Positions 37,361-51,330 are shown, numbered from the stretch's first letter. The stretch: 64,000 bases of DNA from Mobula hypostoma (GCF_963921235.1 NC_086107.1:103232001-103296000), one strand, 5' to 3'. A program made the numbers and translations. Notes: generated by a model from the sequence alone, not told the origin.

Positions 37361-39380
37361 AACTAGACACTTCCCTGGTTGGCCTACGTTTTTATCCTAA
37401 CATATTGCCAGACAGCCTCATTTCCACCTTGGGAACTGTTTGGGTTACGGACAGTTCTTAGGGAGAGAACCCTGTAGTTACTCAGCAAAGTTCTGTAGTC
37501 ATAATCTGGACCTTACCGCACAGAGGGTCCAGAAAGAGTCAGGGATTTCCAAAGAAAATTGGTCAAGAACTTAAGCAGAAAAATGTGCAAGGCTATAGGG
37601 AAGAAACATAGACATCTTTACTTTTGTAATCAATCGTCTAGTAAAATTCAAATTTCAAAGTAATTTTTTAAAATCTAGGTACATATATGTCACCATATAC
37701 AACCCTGGGATTCATTTTCTTGTGGGCATACTCAATAAATCTATAGAATAATCACCATAACAAAATTAATGAAAGACCACCCAACTAGGATGGGTCAGAG
37801 TGTAGGAGAGAACAAAATGCACAAATGCTAAAAGAAGAAATAAATAAATAAACAAACAAATAAACAGATAGATAAATAAATAAATAAGCAAGCAATAAAT
37901 ATCAAGAACATGAGATGAGGAGTCCTTGAAAGTTGACGAGTCCACAGGTTGTGTGAACATTTTAATGATGGGGCAGGTGAAGTTATCCTCTCTGGTTCAG
38001 GAGCCTGATGGCCGAGGGGTAATAACAGTTCCTGAACCTGGAGGTGTGAATTCTGAGGCTCCTGTACTTTCTTCCTGATGGCAGCAGCAAGGAGAGAGCA
38101 TGTCCTGGGTGGTGGGGGTCCCTGAGGTTGGATGCTGCTTTCCAGGGAGGGCTTTACCTGCGACAGACTGGGCTGTATCCACTACTTTCTGTTGGATTTT
38201 CCGCAGAACGTCGCCGAGGGTCACCAGTGCTACCTTCCTAAACACCCCATCCACCCCGCACAGTCTCTCTTTTCCACGGGTGCTACAGTAACGTAGAGGT
38301 TAGCGGGGTCTTATTACAGCTCAGGGAGTTGGAGGTTCAGAGTTCAATCCTGGCATCCCCCGTAAGGAGTCTGTACGCCCAACTCGCCCTGTGGAATGCC
38401 TGGGTTTTCCCCGAGTGCTCTGGTTTCCTCCCACAGTCCAAAGAGCTTAATTGTAAATTATGTCATTGTAAGTTGCCCCATGATTAGGTTAGGGTTAAAT
38501 CACAGTTGTTGGAGGTTGCACAAAACGAACCCTCTCAGTGTGCACTCGAAACGGGAAGCAGGTCGGAAACTGTAAAACAGAAAGTTAGTGATCAGAGAGA
38601 ATTTAAACTATAACACACCGCCCAGTTAAAAGACAGGAAACAGATGTCATAATACTTGATGGGTGAGTGGTGAGTGGTCTAGGATTCTTGTGGCTGAGTC
38701 AGATATTAAAGTCTGTGCCTGGGTTATCTAACATGTTCGTCCATGGCCTCCAGCCTGATAATGGCATGAACATCGATTTCTCCTTCCTGTTAAACAAACT
38801 TTCCCTCCCTCTCCCCTCTACTATTCCCCACTCTCGCCTCTTACCTCTCCTCAACCTGCCTATTGCCTCCCCCTGGTGACCCTCCTCCTTCCCTTTCGCT
38901 CATTGTCCACTCTCCTCTCCTATCAGATTCCTTCACCTTTCCAACCCACCTGACTTCACCTATCACCTTCTAGCTATCTGGCAAGTGTGAATTGTGACAA
39001 GATGTTTTCTGGCAAAAGTGTACTTAGAAAGTGGGAGACCTTCACAAATGAAATTTTGAGAACTGCCTGTCAGAATGCAAGGTAAAGATAACAAGTGGAC
39101 TGATTGACTGGATGGACATGGGCTCATTAAGGATAGTCAACGTGGCTTTGTGTGTGTTAGGTCTAATCAGTCTTACAGTTTTTCGATGAAGTTACCACAA
39201 AAGTGGATCAAGTCAAGTCAAGTCACTTTTTATTGTCATTTCAACCATTACTGCTGGTACAGAACACGGTAAAAATGAGACAACGTTTTCCAGGACCATG
39301 GTACTACATGAAACAATACAAAAACCACACTGAACTACGTAAGCAAAAAACACAAAAACTACACTAGACTACAGACCTAT

Positions 39381-39726
39381 GGATGCTGTCTAAGTTGCAT
39401 GCCATCTTGGACAATGTCTCCCATCCACTACATAATGTACTGGTTGGGCACAGGAGTACATTCAGCCAGAGACTCATTCCACCGAGATGCAGCACAGAGC
39501 GTCATAGGAAGTCATTCCTGCCTGTGGCCATCAAACTTTACAACTCCTCCCTTGGAGGGTCAGACACCCTGAGCCAATAGGCTGGTTCTGGACTTATTTC
39601 ATAATTTACTGGCATAATTTACATATTACTATTTAAATATTTATGGTTCTATTACTATTTATTACTTATGGTGCAACTGTAACGAAAACCAATTTCCCCC
39701 GGGATCAATAAAGTATGACTATGACT
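39381..39726 (+). mobile_element. Rex1-like LINE 3' fragment nested in another insertion inside a CR1
   Basis: ORF LSKLHAILDNVSHPLHNVL..RLIPPRCSTERHRKSFLPVAIKLYNSS; tail (tatgac)n; direct flanks agacctat at 39373-39380 and 39727-39734. Confidence 0.75.
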
Positions 39727-39854
39727 AGACCTATCCAGGACTGGATAAGGTGCACAAAACAGTACAGTCACTACAACAAATAATAAACAAGACAGTAGGC
39801 ACAGCACAGGGAATAGTAGGTTGGTGTCAAGCCAGGCTCTGGGTATCGAGAAGG

Positions 39855-41030
39855 CATGATGGTGGATGTTACTGCCTTTAATAGACTTTAATAAGTCATT
39901 TGACAAGGTCCCGCACGGGAGGTTGGTCAAGGAGGTTCAGTCACTCGGCATTCAAGATGAGGTAGTAAATTGGATTAGACATTGGCTTTGAGGGAGAAGC
40001 CACAGAGTGTTCGTTGATGGTTGCCTCTGACTGGAGGCCTGTGAGGTGAAGTGCCTCAGGGATCGGTGCTGGGTCCTTTACTGTTTGTCATCTATATCAA
40101 CGATCTGGGTGATAATGTGACTAACTGGATCAGCAAATTTGTGGATGGGGGTGTAGTGGGCAGTGAGGAAGGCTATCGTGGCTTGCAGAGGGATCAGTTG
40201 GAAAAAAGGACTGAAAATGGAAGATGGAATTTAATGCAGACAAGTGCGAGGTTTTGCACTTTGGGAGGATCAACCAGGGTAGGTCTTACACAGTGAACGG
40301 TAGGGCACTGAGGAGTCCGGTAAAACAATGGAATCTGGGAATACAGGTCCATAATTCATTGGAAGTGGTGTCTCAGGTAGATAGGGTCGCAAAGAAAGCT
40401 TTTGGCACATTGGCCTTCGTAAATCTGTGTACTGAGTACAGGAGATGGGATGTTATGTTGAAGTTGTATAAGACATTGGTGAGACCAAATTTGGTGTGTT
40501 GTGTGCAGTTTTTGGTCACCTAGCTACAGAAAGGATGAAAATAAGGTTGACAGAATACAGAGAAAATTTACAAGGATGTTACCATGTCTGGAGGACCTGA
40601 GTTATATGGAAAGATTGAATGGTTTAGGATTGTATTCTTTAGAACATAGAAAATTGAGAGGAGATTTGATAAAGTTATATAAAATTATGAGGGGTATAAA
40701 CAGAGTTAATGCAAACAGGCTTTCTGAGTGAGACTACAACCAGAAGTCATGGGTTAAGGGTGAAAGGTGAGAAGTTAAGGGGAACATGAGGGGAAACTTC
40801 TTCACTCAGAGGGCCGTGTGAGTGTGGAATGATCCGGTAGCACAGGGGGTCCATGCGAGCTCGATTTCAATGTTTAACAGAAGTTTCGATAGGTACATGG
40901 ATAGTAGGGGTATGGAGGGCTATGATCCCGGTGCAGGTCGATGGGAGGAGGCAGTTAAAATGGTTTCAGCATGGACTAGATGGGCTGAAGGACCTGTTTC
41001 TGTGCTGTGCTCCTCTCATGGCTCTGTGAC
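39855..41030 (+). mobile_element. CR1 LINE RT/3' fragment
   Basis: VPQGSVLGPLLFVIYINDL, MEFNADKCEVLHFGRINQ, LYKTLVRPNL..CVQFWSP, GLYSLEHRKLRGDLI; frameshifted. Confidence 0.88.
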
Positions 41031-42149
41031 TCTATTCATCTCCATAGATGCTGCCTGACCTGCTGAGTTCCTCCAGTATCTTATGCGTGTTTCTCTAGAC
41101 TTCAGGCACCTTTGGAATCTCTTGCGTTCCAGTTTTCCTCCGTCATCCTAACTGGCCGCTGTAGATTGCCCCCAGTGTTTAGGTGAGGGGTAGATTGATG
41201 GGAGCGTGAGGTGAAGACGGGTGGTTGATGGTCAGATGGTTGAAGGGTATGTTTCTGTGCTGCACCTCGCTGTCACTCTGTGACCCACCGGCCAGTGCTT
41301 GGCAACGGGAACATCATTTTACCCACTATGCCCCTCCCATCACGGGGCCAGACAGCCTGCTTGAAGAGGGAGGAGAGGCGTGAGAGTGGGAGTGGAAGCT
41401 GGAAGGTAGGTACAACGTGAGTGTGAGTCACTGGCGTGGAGAATGGGACTGTAGGGAAATGTCTCGGATGGAATAGCTGCGGTGGGAGTGGGTACGGTCT
41501 CACTGGGCTGAATGGGGCCATCGGCCTAGGGGAGCCCTGGGGTGGGGCAGTGAGTGTAGAGCGATCCGCCGTGCACACTCTTGGCTGAGGAACGGGGATC
41601 TGGCATTGGTGCCGAAGTAACCAGAAACCACGTCACAACCAGCGAGAGCCGCAGAGTGATGGAGTCAGAATCAGAATGAAGTTTAATGTCACTGGCATGT
41701 GTCCTGTGTTATGTTGTTTTGTGGCAGCAGTAATATTGCAATGCACAATTAAAATTCTATTAAGTTAGTGCAAAAAAGAAAGAAAAAAATAGTGCACTTG
41801 GGTTCAATGTCCATTCAGAAATCTTGCAGCAGTGGGGAAGAAGCTGTTCCTAAGATACCGAGTGTGTACCTGCAGGCTCCTGGACCTCCTTCCTGATGGT
41901 AACGATGAGAAGAGGGCACGTCCTGGGTGATGGGGGCCCTGAATGCTGGATGCTGCCTTTTTGAGGCATCGCCTTTTGAAGATGCCCTGAACGCCAGATG
42001 TGCCCATGATGGAGTGGGCTGAGTTTACAAACTTCCTGCAGCTTTTTTCTTTTCCTGCGCAGTGGCCCGCCCCTCCATTCCAGACAGTGATGCAACCAGT
42101 TAGAATGCCCTCCACAGTACATCTGTAGACATTCACTGGAATCTTTAAA

Positions 42150-42750
42150 CAACACACATAAAAGTTGCTGGTGAATGCAGCAGGCCAGGCGGCATCTCTA
42201 GGAAGAGGTACAGTCGACGTTTCAGGCCAAGACCCTCTGTCAGAACTAACTGAAGGAAGAGCTAGTAAGAGATTTGAAAGTGGGAGGGGGAGGGGGAGAT
42301 CTGAAATGATAGGAGAAGACAGGAGGGGGAGGGATGGAGCCAAGAGCTGGACAGGTGATTGGCAAAAGGGATACGAGAGGATCATGGGACAGGAGGCCCA
42401 GGGAGAAGGAGAAAGGGGGAGGAGGGGAAGCCCAGAGGATGGGCAAAGGCTATAGTCAGAGGAGAGAGAGAGAAAGAATGTGTGTATATAAATAAATAAC
42501 GGATGGGGTACGAAGGGGAGGTGGGGCATTAGTGGAAGTTTGAGAAGTCAATGTTCATGCCATCAGGTTGGAGGCTACCCAGATGGAATATAAGGTGTGG
42601 TTCCTCCAACCTGAGTGTGGCTTCATCTTTACAGTAGAGAAGGCCGTATCAGACATATCAGAATGGGAATGGGACGTGGAATTAAAATGTGTGGCAGATA
42701 TATAAGACATGTGTTGCTTGAAATTCCAGCATCTGCAGATTTCCTCGTGT
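42150..42750 (-). mobile_element. Penelope-like retroelement 3' fragment (GIY-YIG endonuclease C-terminus + pLTR)
   Basis: The - strand encodes ATHFNSTSHSHSDMS, followed by a frameshifted QDEATLRLEEPHLIFHLGSLQPDGMNIDF-type Penelope endonuclease tail, then a pyrimidine-rich UTR and a degenerate hammerhead unit. Confidence 0.75.
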
Positions 42751-43744
42751 TTGCACTGGAATCTTTGTTGACATATCAAGTAATTGCATCACTATGTCGG
42801 GCCCAAGATAGATCCTCAGAGACGTTGACACCCAGGAAGTTGAAACCGCTCACCTTTTGCACTGCTGACCCCTCGAAAAGGACTGGTGTGTGTTCCCACG
42901 ACTTCCCCTTCCTGATGTCCACGATCAGTTCCTTGGTCTCACTGACATCGAGTGTGAGGTTGTTGTTGTGACACTACTCGACCAGCTGATCTATCTCGCT
43001 CTCGTATGCTTTCTCGTCACAATCTGAAATTCTGCCAACAATAGTTATCGGCAGATCTATAGATGGCGTTTGAGCTGTGCCTAGCCACTAGTCGTGGGTG
43101 CAGAGAGAGTAGAGCACTGGACTAAGCATGCATCCCTGAGGCGCGCCAGTGCTGACTGTCAGCAAGGAGGAGATGTTATTTGCAATGTGCACTGACTAAG
43201 GGAGGTCATGGATCCAGATGCAGAGGGAGGTCAGAGGCTCAGGTTTTGGAGCGTGTTGATAGAGAGATGCAGCATATGGAAACAGACCTTTTTGCCCACT
43301 GAGTCTCTGCTGACCATCAATCACCCATTTTTACACCAATCGTACCCTAACCCATCTTACTCTGCCCACAATCACTTCGTTATGATCTTGGACTTTCTAG
43401 TTTCCCTGCTCTGCACTTACACTTTATTCTGCATTGTTATTGTCTACCTTGTTCTCGGTCAATGCTCTGTGCAATGGTCTGGTCTGTATTATCAGTGTGT
43501 AAGACAAACTTCTCACTATATCTCAGTTCATGTGACAATAATAAACCAATACCTACACCTGTGGCCGGCTGGTGGCCCGGTTCGAATCCAGCCAGCTCCC
43601 CTGGCACGCTTTCCGTCCGTGACGGGTTCAGTGTCGAGCTAGCAACTCGACCTTGTAAAAAAAGAAATTGCCTGCTACAGAAACATCAACAGCAAAAAGT
43701 TGATGGCCTATGCTCCCTGTGAGTTTAAAAGGCAATTTTAAAAG

Positions 43745-44073
43745 GAGCTTGAAGACTCGTACGGCCAGATTTCGGAACAGCTTCTTTCCAACTGTGATAA
43801 GACTGCTGAATGGATCCTGACCCGGATCTGGGCCGTACCCTCCAAATATCCGGACCTGCCTCTCGGTTTTTTTGCACTACCTTACTTTCCATTTTTCTAT
43901 TTTCTATTTATGTTTTATAATTTAAATTTTTAATATTTACTAATTTTAACTATTTTTAATATTTTAAATATTTAATATTTGTGATCCAGGGAGTGTGAAG
44001 CGCAGAATCAAATATCGCTGTGATGATTGTATGTTCTAGCACCAATTGTTTGGCGACAATGAAGTATAAAGTA
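43745..44073 (+). mobile_element. Rex1/Babar-clade LINE 3' end (same subfamily)
   Basis: gagcttgaagactcgtacggccagatttcggaacagcttctttcc...ggcgacaatgaagtataaagtat is the reverse complement of the 3' end of the 8.9-kb and 49.6-kb copies. Confidence 0.8.
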
Positions 44074-46144
44074 TTTCCTTCCTTTCCTATACCTATGAGT
44101 TGAACCACTGGTCCCACCAGTCACCCACCAGCACCTGACCCCTTGCGGCTGACCATATCCAAAGAAATAGGTGCGGGAGAAGATCATTCGGCCCCTTGAT
44201 TCTACTCCACCAAATATGGCCGATCAGGTGGCTCGACCCACTGGGTTACTCCAGCAGATTGGTCATTGCTCCGGATTCCAGTCTCCACAGCTAATCCAAT
44301 CCCAGACTTCCCCACCTCACCCTCAGCTCTTGTAAGAAGGAAGCTCGGCAGCTCCTGAAACATTCCGGGCGGCTCATTGGCTGATCCCGTGGCCCTCCCC
44401 TTGACCATTCAGTCCCATAACCCTCCATTCCTTTAGTCTCCAAAACCCCATCAACCCCAAACCTTGAACATAAAAAACAGGATCTTAAAGAATAAGGAAA
44501 GATTGGATTGGTGTAGGGTGATGCAACTGATGGTTGATTTTCTCTCGATGGGCGCAGAAGGGTCTGTTCTGTGCTGTATGTGGGCGCCACAGGAGCGTAG
44601 CCCTTGGTGTGATGCTACTATGGCTCCCAGTATTCCGGAGTTCAGAGTTCAATTCCGGTACAGTCTCCGGTACGTTTTCCCTGTGACTGTGTGGCCATCC
44701 TCCCGGTGTTCCGGTTTCCTCCCACAGTCCACAAACGTACCGGTAGGTAGGTTAATTGATCATTGTAAGTTGTCCGTTAAGTTGGTGGGCTGCTGGGTGT
44801 TGCAGCTCATTGGGCCAACAGGGCCTGTTCCGTGCTGTATCTCTAAATCAAAATATAAATCTCTTTGTGAACCTCAGATATTCATTCAGAGCCTTCTGAG
44901 ATCTTCCACGATTTATAATGTTTAGGTAAAGAAATCCTCTTCTTCGTCTCAGTCCTAAATTGACTCTTGAAGATTGACGCACAAAATGGCGGAGGAACGC
45001 AGCAGGTCGGGCAGCCTCTGTGGAGAGAAGTCAAAGGTCAATCAGAATTCTGGCTGTACATTTTCCTCCACAGATGCTGCCTGAACCTCTGAGTTCCTCT
45101 GGCGTCTTGTGCGTTACTCCAGATTTTCCAGCATCTACAGAATCTCCTGCGTCTGTTTTACTCAAAATTTATTGAACTTTAAGAAAGTTTATGCTTTTTA
45201 CGGATTAAGTATCAACTTTATTCACCATATGCATTCGCATATATTAGGAATTTTCCATGGTGTATTAGTCAGGTCATGTGATGTGCAAAATAAAACAGCG
45301 TTCAACAATTATAAAGATGAAGTGTTGTGACACTTAACACAGAAGAACGTTCAACAATGATAAAGAATAATCTGTAAAGTATAAAGGTAGAGGGTAAAAT
45401 AGATAAGGAATAAAATATGTATACATACATACAGTAAATGCCCACACGTACAGTATTTACAATGGAAACATCATTTTAAAGAGTTTTGGTTTCAGATCCT
45501 CTAATCAAAGGAAGTAATCTTTCAGCTCCACCCTGTACACTCTCTATAGAAGTCTGCGTACTGGGGTGGGGTCATTGGTGTATAGCCGCGTGGGCTCAGG
45601 CAGGTCGGGACCCATGGAGCTGGGGGATTCATAGCAGACCAGTCACAGACCGCAGTTACCGTGGCACCAGCAGTGAATGACCCCTGAACGTTCACTCGGC
45701 GTCTCTGAGACCAAAAGGCTGATGACCTGTACAGGCAGGCACTCCAGACACCCAGGCAAAGGAGCCAAGGTTTCTTTAATGACTAGATTTAATGACCATG
45801 TCTTACTATAGACACGTTAAAATTGGACCTTGATATCTCTATATACCTTTCCTACTCCCTCTCCCTCCCCTACCCTCCCCCACCCCCTCCACAGCCCTCC
45901 CCTCCCCTCTCCCTATCTCCCCCTCCCTCTATCTCCTCTCTCTCCCCCCTATTTCCATCTCTCTCCTTCTGCCTGTCTTACTACAGTCTCTTTATAAACC
46001 TTTCCATACTTGCTCCTCTAAAAGTCCCTCTTCCCCTCTTCCTAAATGTCTCCCTTGAGCACTTCTCCCCATCACCGCTGCTTAGTGTGGCCGAGGTTGA
46101 GGGTCCGGGCCCAAGGACTGACGGCCTACCCTGGGGTTGGAGAG

Positions 46145-46168
46145 GTGTGCGCGTGCGTGCGTGTGCGC

Positions 46169-46209
<41 letters not shown>

Positions 46210-46470
46210 CGTGTGCGCGAGTGTGTGTGTGCGTGCGCGTGCGTGTGTGTGAGTGTGTGTGTGTGAGTGTGCGAGTGTGTGCGAGTGTGTGTGTGTGCGA
46301 GTGTGTGTGTGTGCGTGTGAGTGTGTGCGAGTGTGTGTGTGCGAGTGTGTGTGTGTGCGAGTGTGTGTGTGAGTGTGTGTGTGAGTGTGTGCGAGTGTGT
46401 GTGTGCAAGTGTGTGTGTGTGCGAGTGTGTGTGTCTGTGTGTGTGTGTGCGCGTGAGTGTGTGTGTGCAA

Positions 46471-46541
<71 letters not shown>

Positions 46542-46567
46542 CGAGTGTGTGTGCGAGTGTGTGTGTC

Positions 46568-46615
<48 letters not shown>

Positions 46616-46660
46616 CGAGTGTGTGTGTCTGTGTGTGTGTGCGCGCGAGTGTGTGTGCGA

Positions 46661-46691
<31 letters not shown>

Positions 46692-46696
46692 CGCGA

Positions 46697-46752
<56 letters not shown>

Positions 46753-46790
46753 CTGTGCGAGTGTGTGTGTCTGTGTGTGTGTGCGCGCGA

Positions 46791-46841
<51 letters not shown>

Positions 46842-46975
46842 CGAGTGTGTGTGTGCGCACGAGTGTGTGTGTGCGTGCGCGTGCATGTGTGTGTGTGTGC
46901 ACGCGCGAGAGTGTGTGTGTGTGTGTGTCTGTGTGTGTGTGTGTGTGTGTGTGTCTGTGTGTGTGTGTGTGTGTA
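46145..46975. repeat. Compound (GT)n / (GT)kGCGA microsatellite-minisatellite, about 830 bp
   Basis: Continuous GT runs punctuated by gcga, gcgc and gtct. It generates the spurious His/Thr and Val/Cys ORFs. Confidence 0.97.
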
Positions 46976-49569
46976 GGGGTGGGGAAGAGGCTTATGGTCT
47001 TGTTTCGTTTCTGTTGATGCTGCCTGTGTTGTGTCTGGCGCCAGAGCGTGCAGCGACACTCGCAGGCTGCCCCCAGCACATCCCCGGGCATGTTGGTTGT
47101 TAATGCAAAGGACGCATTTCACCGTAGGTCTGCGATGTAGATGTGATAAGCGAATCTGAGTCTGAACGTCACTCCCTGTTTATTTGCACCCGTTTCCTTG
47201 TCTGCAGCTACTCCTGTATTTGGCCGACTCTGTCCTTTGCCCCCTTCCTGTATCTCCCGTTACGTTTCTGTTGGTTTGTTCTGTACTTCAAATGGGTTCC
47301 TCCATCATTTTGTGGGTGTTGCTTTGGATTTCCAACATCTGCAGACTTTTTTCGTGTTTATCTGTCCCTATAGCTTTCAGTCGACATGAATGCCTGGACA
47401 TTTGCCAAATTCCCTCACTTGTGTCCGTTTCTTTGTCTCTATGTCTCTTTCCTTCTCTGGCTATTTCTGCTTGTATCTGTCAAACTGCCTCCACAATCCA
47501 TCAGTTTATCTATGTAGGTCTGCCTGGTGTACCGTCTATCCCTAATGACAATTGCACCTCTCTGTGTCTGTCTGCATGCCACTCCCTCTGTACCCCTGGT
47601 CTAGACATTCGGCCGGGGTCTCTGCTGCCATTTGTTTCCCTCCGGCTGTTTCGTGTCACCTCCAGGGGTTAAAGGCATTTGCCGCAGCCAAGGTTGATCG
47701 GTCCGTAGATAGGGGAGGGCCGGAGAATTTCTTCTGCAGCACACATTTGAATAAACAGACGCAGCCTTGAGAGAAATCTGGCCTCACTTCACCAGCTGAA
47801 TCACACTCGTCCTTTTGTCCTTTCTCAGTATTTCTTTGTTTCTCATTCTCCCTCGTTTCTGTCACTTTGTTCTGTTCTCTGGGCTCTCCCTCCCTCTTTA
47901 ATATTTTCCCTCTCTATTTGTTTGTTCTCTGCATTTATAACAGTCTCTTATATCTTGTTCTTTGTGTCTCACTGATTCTCTCTCTCTCTCCCATACGTAC
48001 ACACATTGTGTCTCATTTCATCAGGTAATTTTTCTGACTTTCTCTATCTCTCTCGCTCTCTCTTTTTCTCTATCTCTCTCTTACTCTCTCTCCCTTTCTA
48101 TTCCTCACTGCATCCTGGTCGTTTGTGTCTTTTCTTCCTTTCTCTACACCTACTCTCTGCCTCTCTCCCCTACACCCAGTCTCTCTCTGCTTTGAGAATA
48201 CTTGCTGAAGATTTACATTCTTGCATCTTACATTCCTTCCTCAGTAAAGGTACATGGTTTGTTTATTTATTTATAGAGATACAGCATGGAATAGGCCCTT
48301 CCGATCCTTTGAACCGTCCCACTCAGCAATCCCCCAATTTAATCCGAGCCTAATCGCAACGACCAATTAACCCACCAACTGGTCCATCTTTGGACTGTGG
48401 TAGGAAACCGGAGCACGCAGATACAGGGAGATTACGGGCAGCGGCGGGAATTGAACTCTGGTCTCCTGTACTGTAAACCGTTGTGCTAACCACTAGGCTA
48501 CCATGCCCCATCCCCTATCCCTTGCTTGGTCCCACCACCCAGACCCACTCTCCTCCACTGTAATGCATTCTTGAGAGAAGTTCGGTGTTGGGACAATAAG
48601 AGTATTGAGGAGAGGTCTGGAATGGTTCAGCAGCCAATCCTCCATGTAAGAATGTTGAAAATGAGAAAACAAATTATTCGAGGCAGGAGGCCAAGAATGA
48701 AACCTCTGGGAATTGACCCAGCCAGAGCTAACTCCTGAAATAACTGGAGATAATTACCAACATATTTTACAGATTTTGAGCCCAGGGCTTGTGGTGGCAC
48801 GGGAGAACTGATTCCTCTCACTTCTGGGGGTTGAAAGACAGTGTGGGCTTGGTGAGAATGTGAAGGATCTCAACCTCACGGACACGTAGCCAGCACTGTC
48901 TGCCCCGCTCACCTCGTCTGCCAAAACTGAAGCTGTGAATCTTGTCATAGAGTCTCTGGGACATACAACACGGCAACAGGCCCTGCAGCCTAACCCTAAC
49001 GTCCGTGCCGAGTGTGATACCCATCTCAACCAGTCCTATTTGTCCCTGTTTGTCTCATATCCCTCCACACCTTTCCTCCCCATGTCCCTGTCCAAGTGTC
49101 TTTTAAACGTTGTTATCGCACTTGCCTCACCACTTCCTCCAGCAGCTTGTTCCGTAAATAGATCACCCTTTGTGTGAAGAGGTTGCTCTTCAAGCCTCTT
49201 CTAAATGTTTCCCTTCTCACCTTTAACCTATGCCCTCTGGTTTTTGATTCCATTTCTCTGGGAAAATGCAAGTACGATGAAAGCACAGAAGCCTGCCCCT
49301 CTACTCCCTTACGAGTCTGCAAAGACTCGGCAGGACCTCTAAAACTCTGACAAACTTCTACGGATGTGTGGTGGAGAGTATATTGACTGGCTGCATCACA
49401 GGCTGGCATGGAAACGCCAATGCCCTTGAACGGAAAATCCAACAGAAAGTAGTGGTTAGGCCCAGTCCATCACGGGCAAGGACCTCCCCCACCACTGAAC
49501 ACATCTAGACAGAGCATTGTGGCAGGAAAGCAGCATCCATCATCAATGGCCCCATCACCCAGGACTACT

Positions 49570-50159
49570 TTGTACTTTATTGTCGCCAAACAATTGATAC
49601 TAGAACGTACAATCATCACAGCAATATTTGATTCTGCGCTTCCCACTCCCTGGAATACAAATATTAAATATTAAAAATAGTTAAAATTAGTAAATATTAA
49701 AAATTTAAATTATAAATCATAAATAGCAAATAGAAAAATAGGAAGTTAAGGTAGTGCAAAAAAACCGAGAGGCAGGTCTGGACATTTAGAGGGTTCGGCC
49801 CAGATCCAGGTCAGGATCCGTTCAGCAGTCTTATCACAGTTGGAAAGAAGCTGTCCCCAAATCTGGCCGTACGAGTCTTCAAGCTCCTGAGCCTCCTCCC
49901 AGAGGGAAGAGGGATGAAAAGTGTGTTGGCTGGGTGGGTCGTGTCCTTGATTATCCTGGCAGCACTGCTCCAACAGCGTGCGGTGTAAAGTGAGTCCACG
50001 GACGGAAGATTGGTTTGTGTGATGTGCTGGGCTGTGTTCACGATCTTCTGCAGCTTCTTCCGGTCTTGGACAGGACAACTTCCATACCAGGTTGTGATGC
50101 ACCCTAGAAGAGTGCTTTCTACGGTGCATCTATAAAAATTAGTGAGGGTTTTGGGGGAC
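49570..50159 (-). mobile_element. Rex1/Babar-clade LINE 3' fragment (same subfamily as 8902-9565)
   Basis: ORF 49811-50161: KTLTNFYRCTVESTLLGCITTWYGSC..HPANTLFIPLPSGRRLRSLKTRTARF. Near-identical to the 8.9-kb copy. Confidence 0.82.
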
Positions 50160-51330
50160 ATGCTGTCTCTTCACTGCTGCCATCAGGAAGAAGGTACAGG
50201 AGCCTCAGGACTCACACCAACAGGTTCAGGAACAGCTATTACCCCTCAACCATCAGGCTCTTGAACCAAAGGGGAATAATTTCACTCGCCCCATCACTGA
50301 AATGTCCCACAACCTATGGACTCACTTTCAAGGACTCTTCATCTCATGTTCTCGATATTTATTGCTTATTTATTTACTTTTATTTTTTTTTAATTTTTGT
50401 ATTTGAACAGCTTATGTCTTTAGCACACTATTGCACAACACTCATGTTGGTGTGGTCTTTCATTGATTCTATTGTTTAGATCTATCTCTCTGTCTCCACC
50501 TCTATATCTATCTATCTCTATCTCTCTATCTCTTACTCTCTCTATTTATCTCTATCTGTCTCCGTCTATTTTTATTGTAACTTGTAGTAATTTGTTACAT
50601 CTCGCTGCCACAAAACAACAAAGTTCAGGGCATATATCGGTGATAACAAACCTGATTCGGATTCTGATCCATGAAAAGGGATCACGAGCACACTGGTCAA
50701 TAATGGTTACCCGTGCTTCCCCAGGAGTGGTTCATTGATATAATTTTAAGTATTTTACATACCTGAATACCAACTGTTGTCAGACCTCAAGACTTTCAGA
50801 AACACGGCATTATAGAAAACCTGGGACCACAGTGAATAAAAACAAAGAATATTGGAAACACTCAGCAGGTCAGGGAGCATCTTTAGAAATAACAAAACAG
50901 TTACTGTTTCGGGTCGCCAACTTTCAACAGTTCTGCTTACTTCGCTCGGAACTTGGGGACGCAGCCTCAAGATTCGGGGAGTAGATTTAGGAAGAAGAGG
51001 AGGAGGAACTGCCTTGCTTTTTCCCACCGTCTAGGGAATGTGTGGAATTCCCTGCCCCGGGAACAGTACAGGCTACCTCATTAAATAGATCTAAGACACA
51101 GTCAGATAGATTCTGGCACAGTAAAAGGGAATTAAAGTTTATGGGGAAAAGTCAGCAGATGGAGTTGAGTCCACGTCAGATCAGCTACGATCTTATTGCA
51201 TGGTGGAGCAGGTTCAATGGGCCAGATGTTCTACTCATGCACTGATATACTATGTTCTTATTTTTTTGCTGAGTTATTTCTGGCAGTTTATTTCGGTTTT
51301 CCAGCATCTGCAGTTTTCTGAGTGGGGCAA

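Noticed and set aside
41804..42529. 241-aa ORF as a novel chimeric protein
   Set aside because: It is an accidental fusion of Penelope UTR/pLTR sequence with a Rex1-type RT C-terminal fragment.
45981..47122. Long His/Thr-rich and Val/Cys-rich ORFs (260-346 aa)
   Set aside because: They are translations of the (GT)n compound repeat, open in several frames on both strands.
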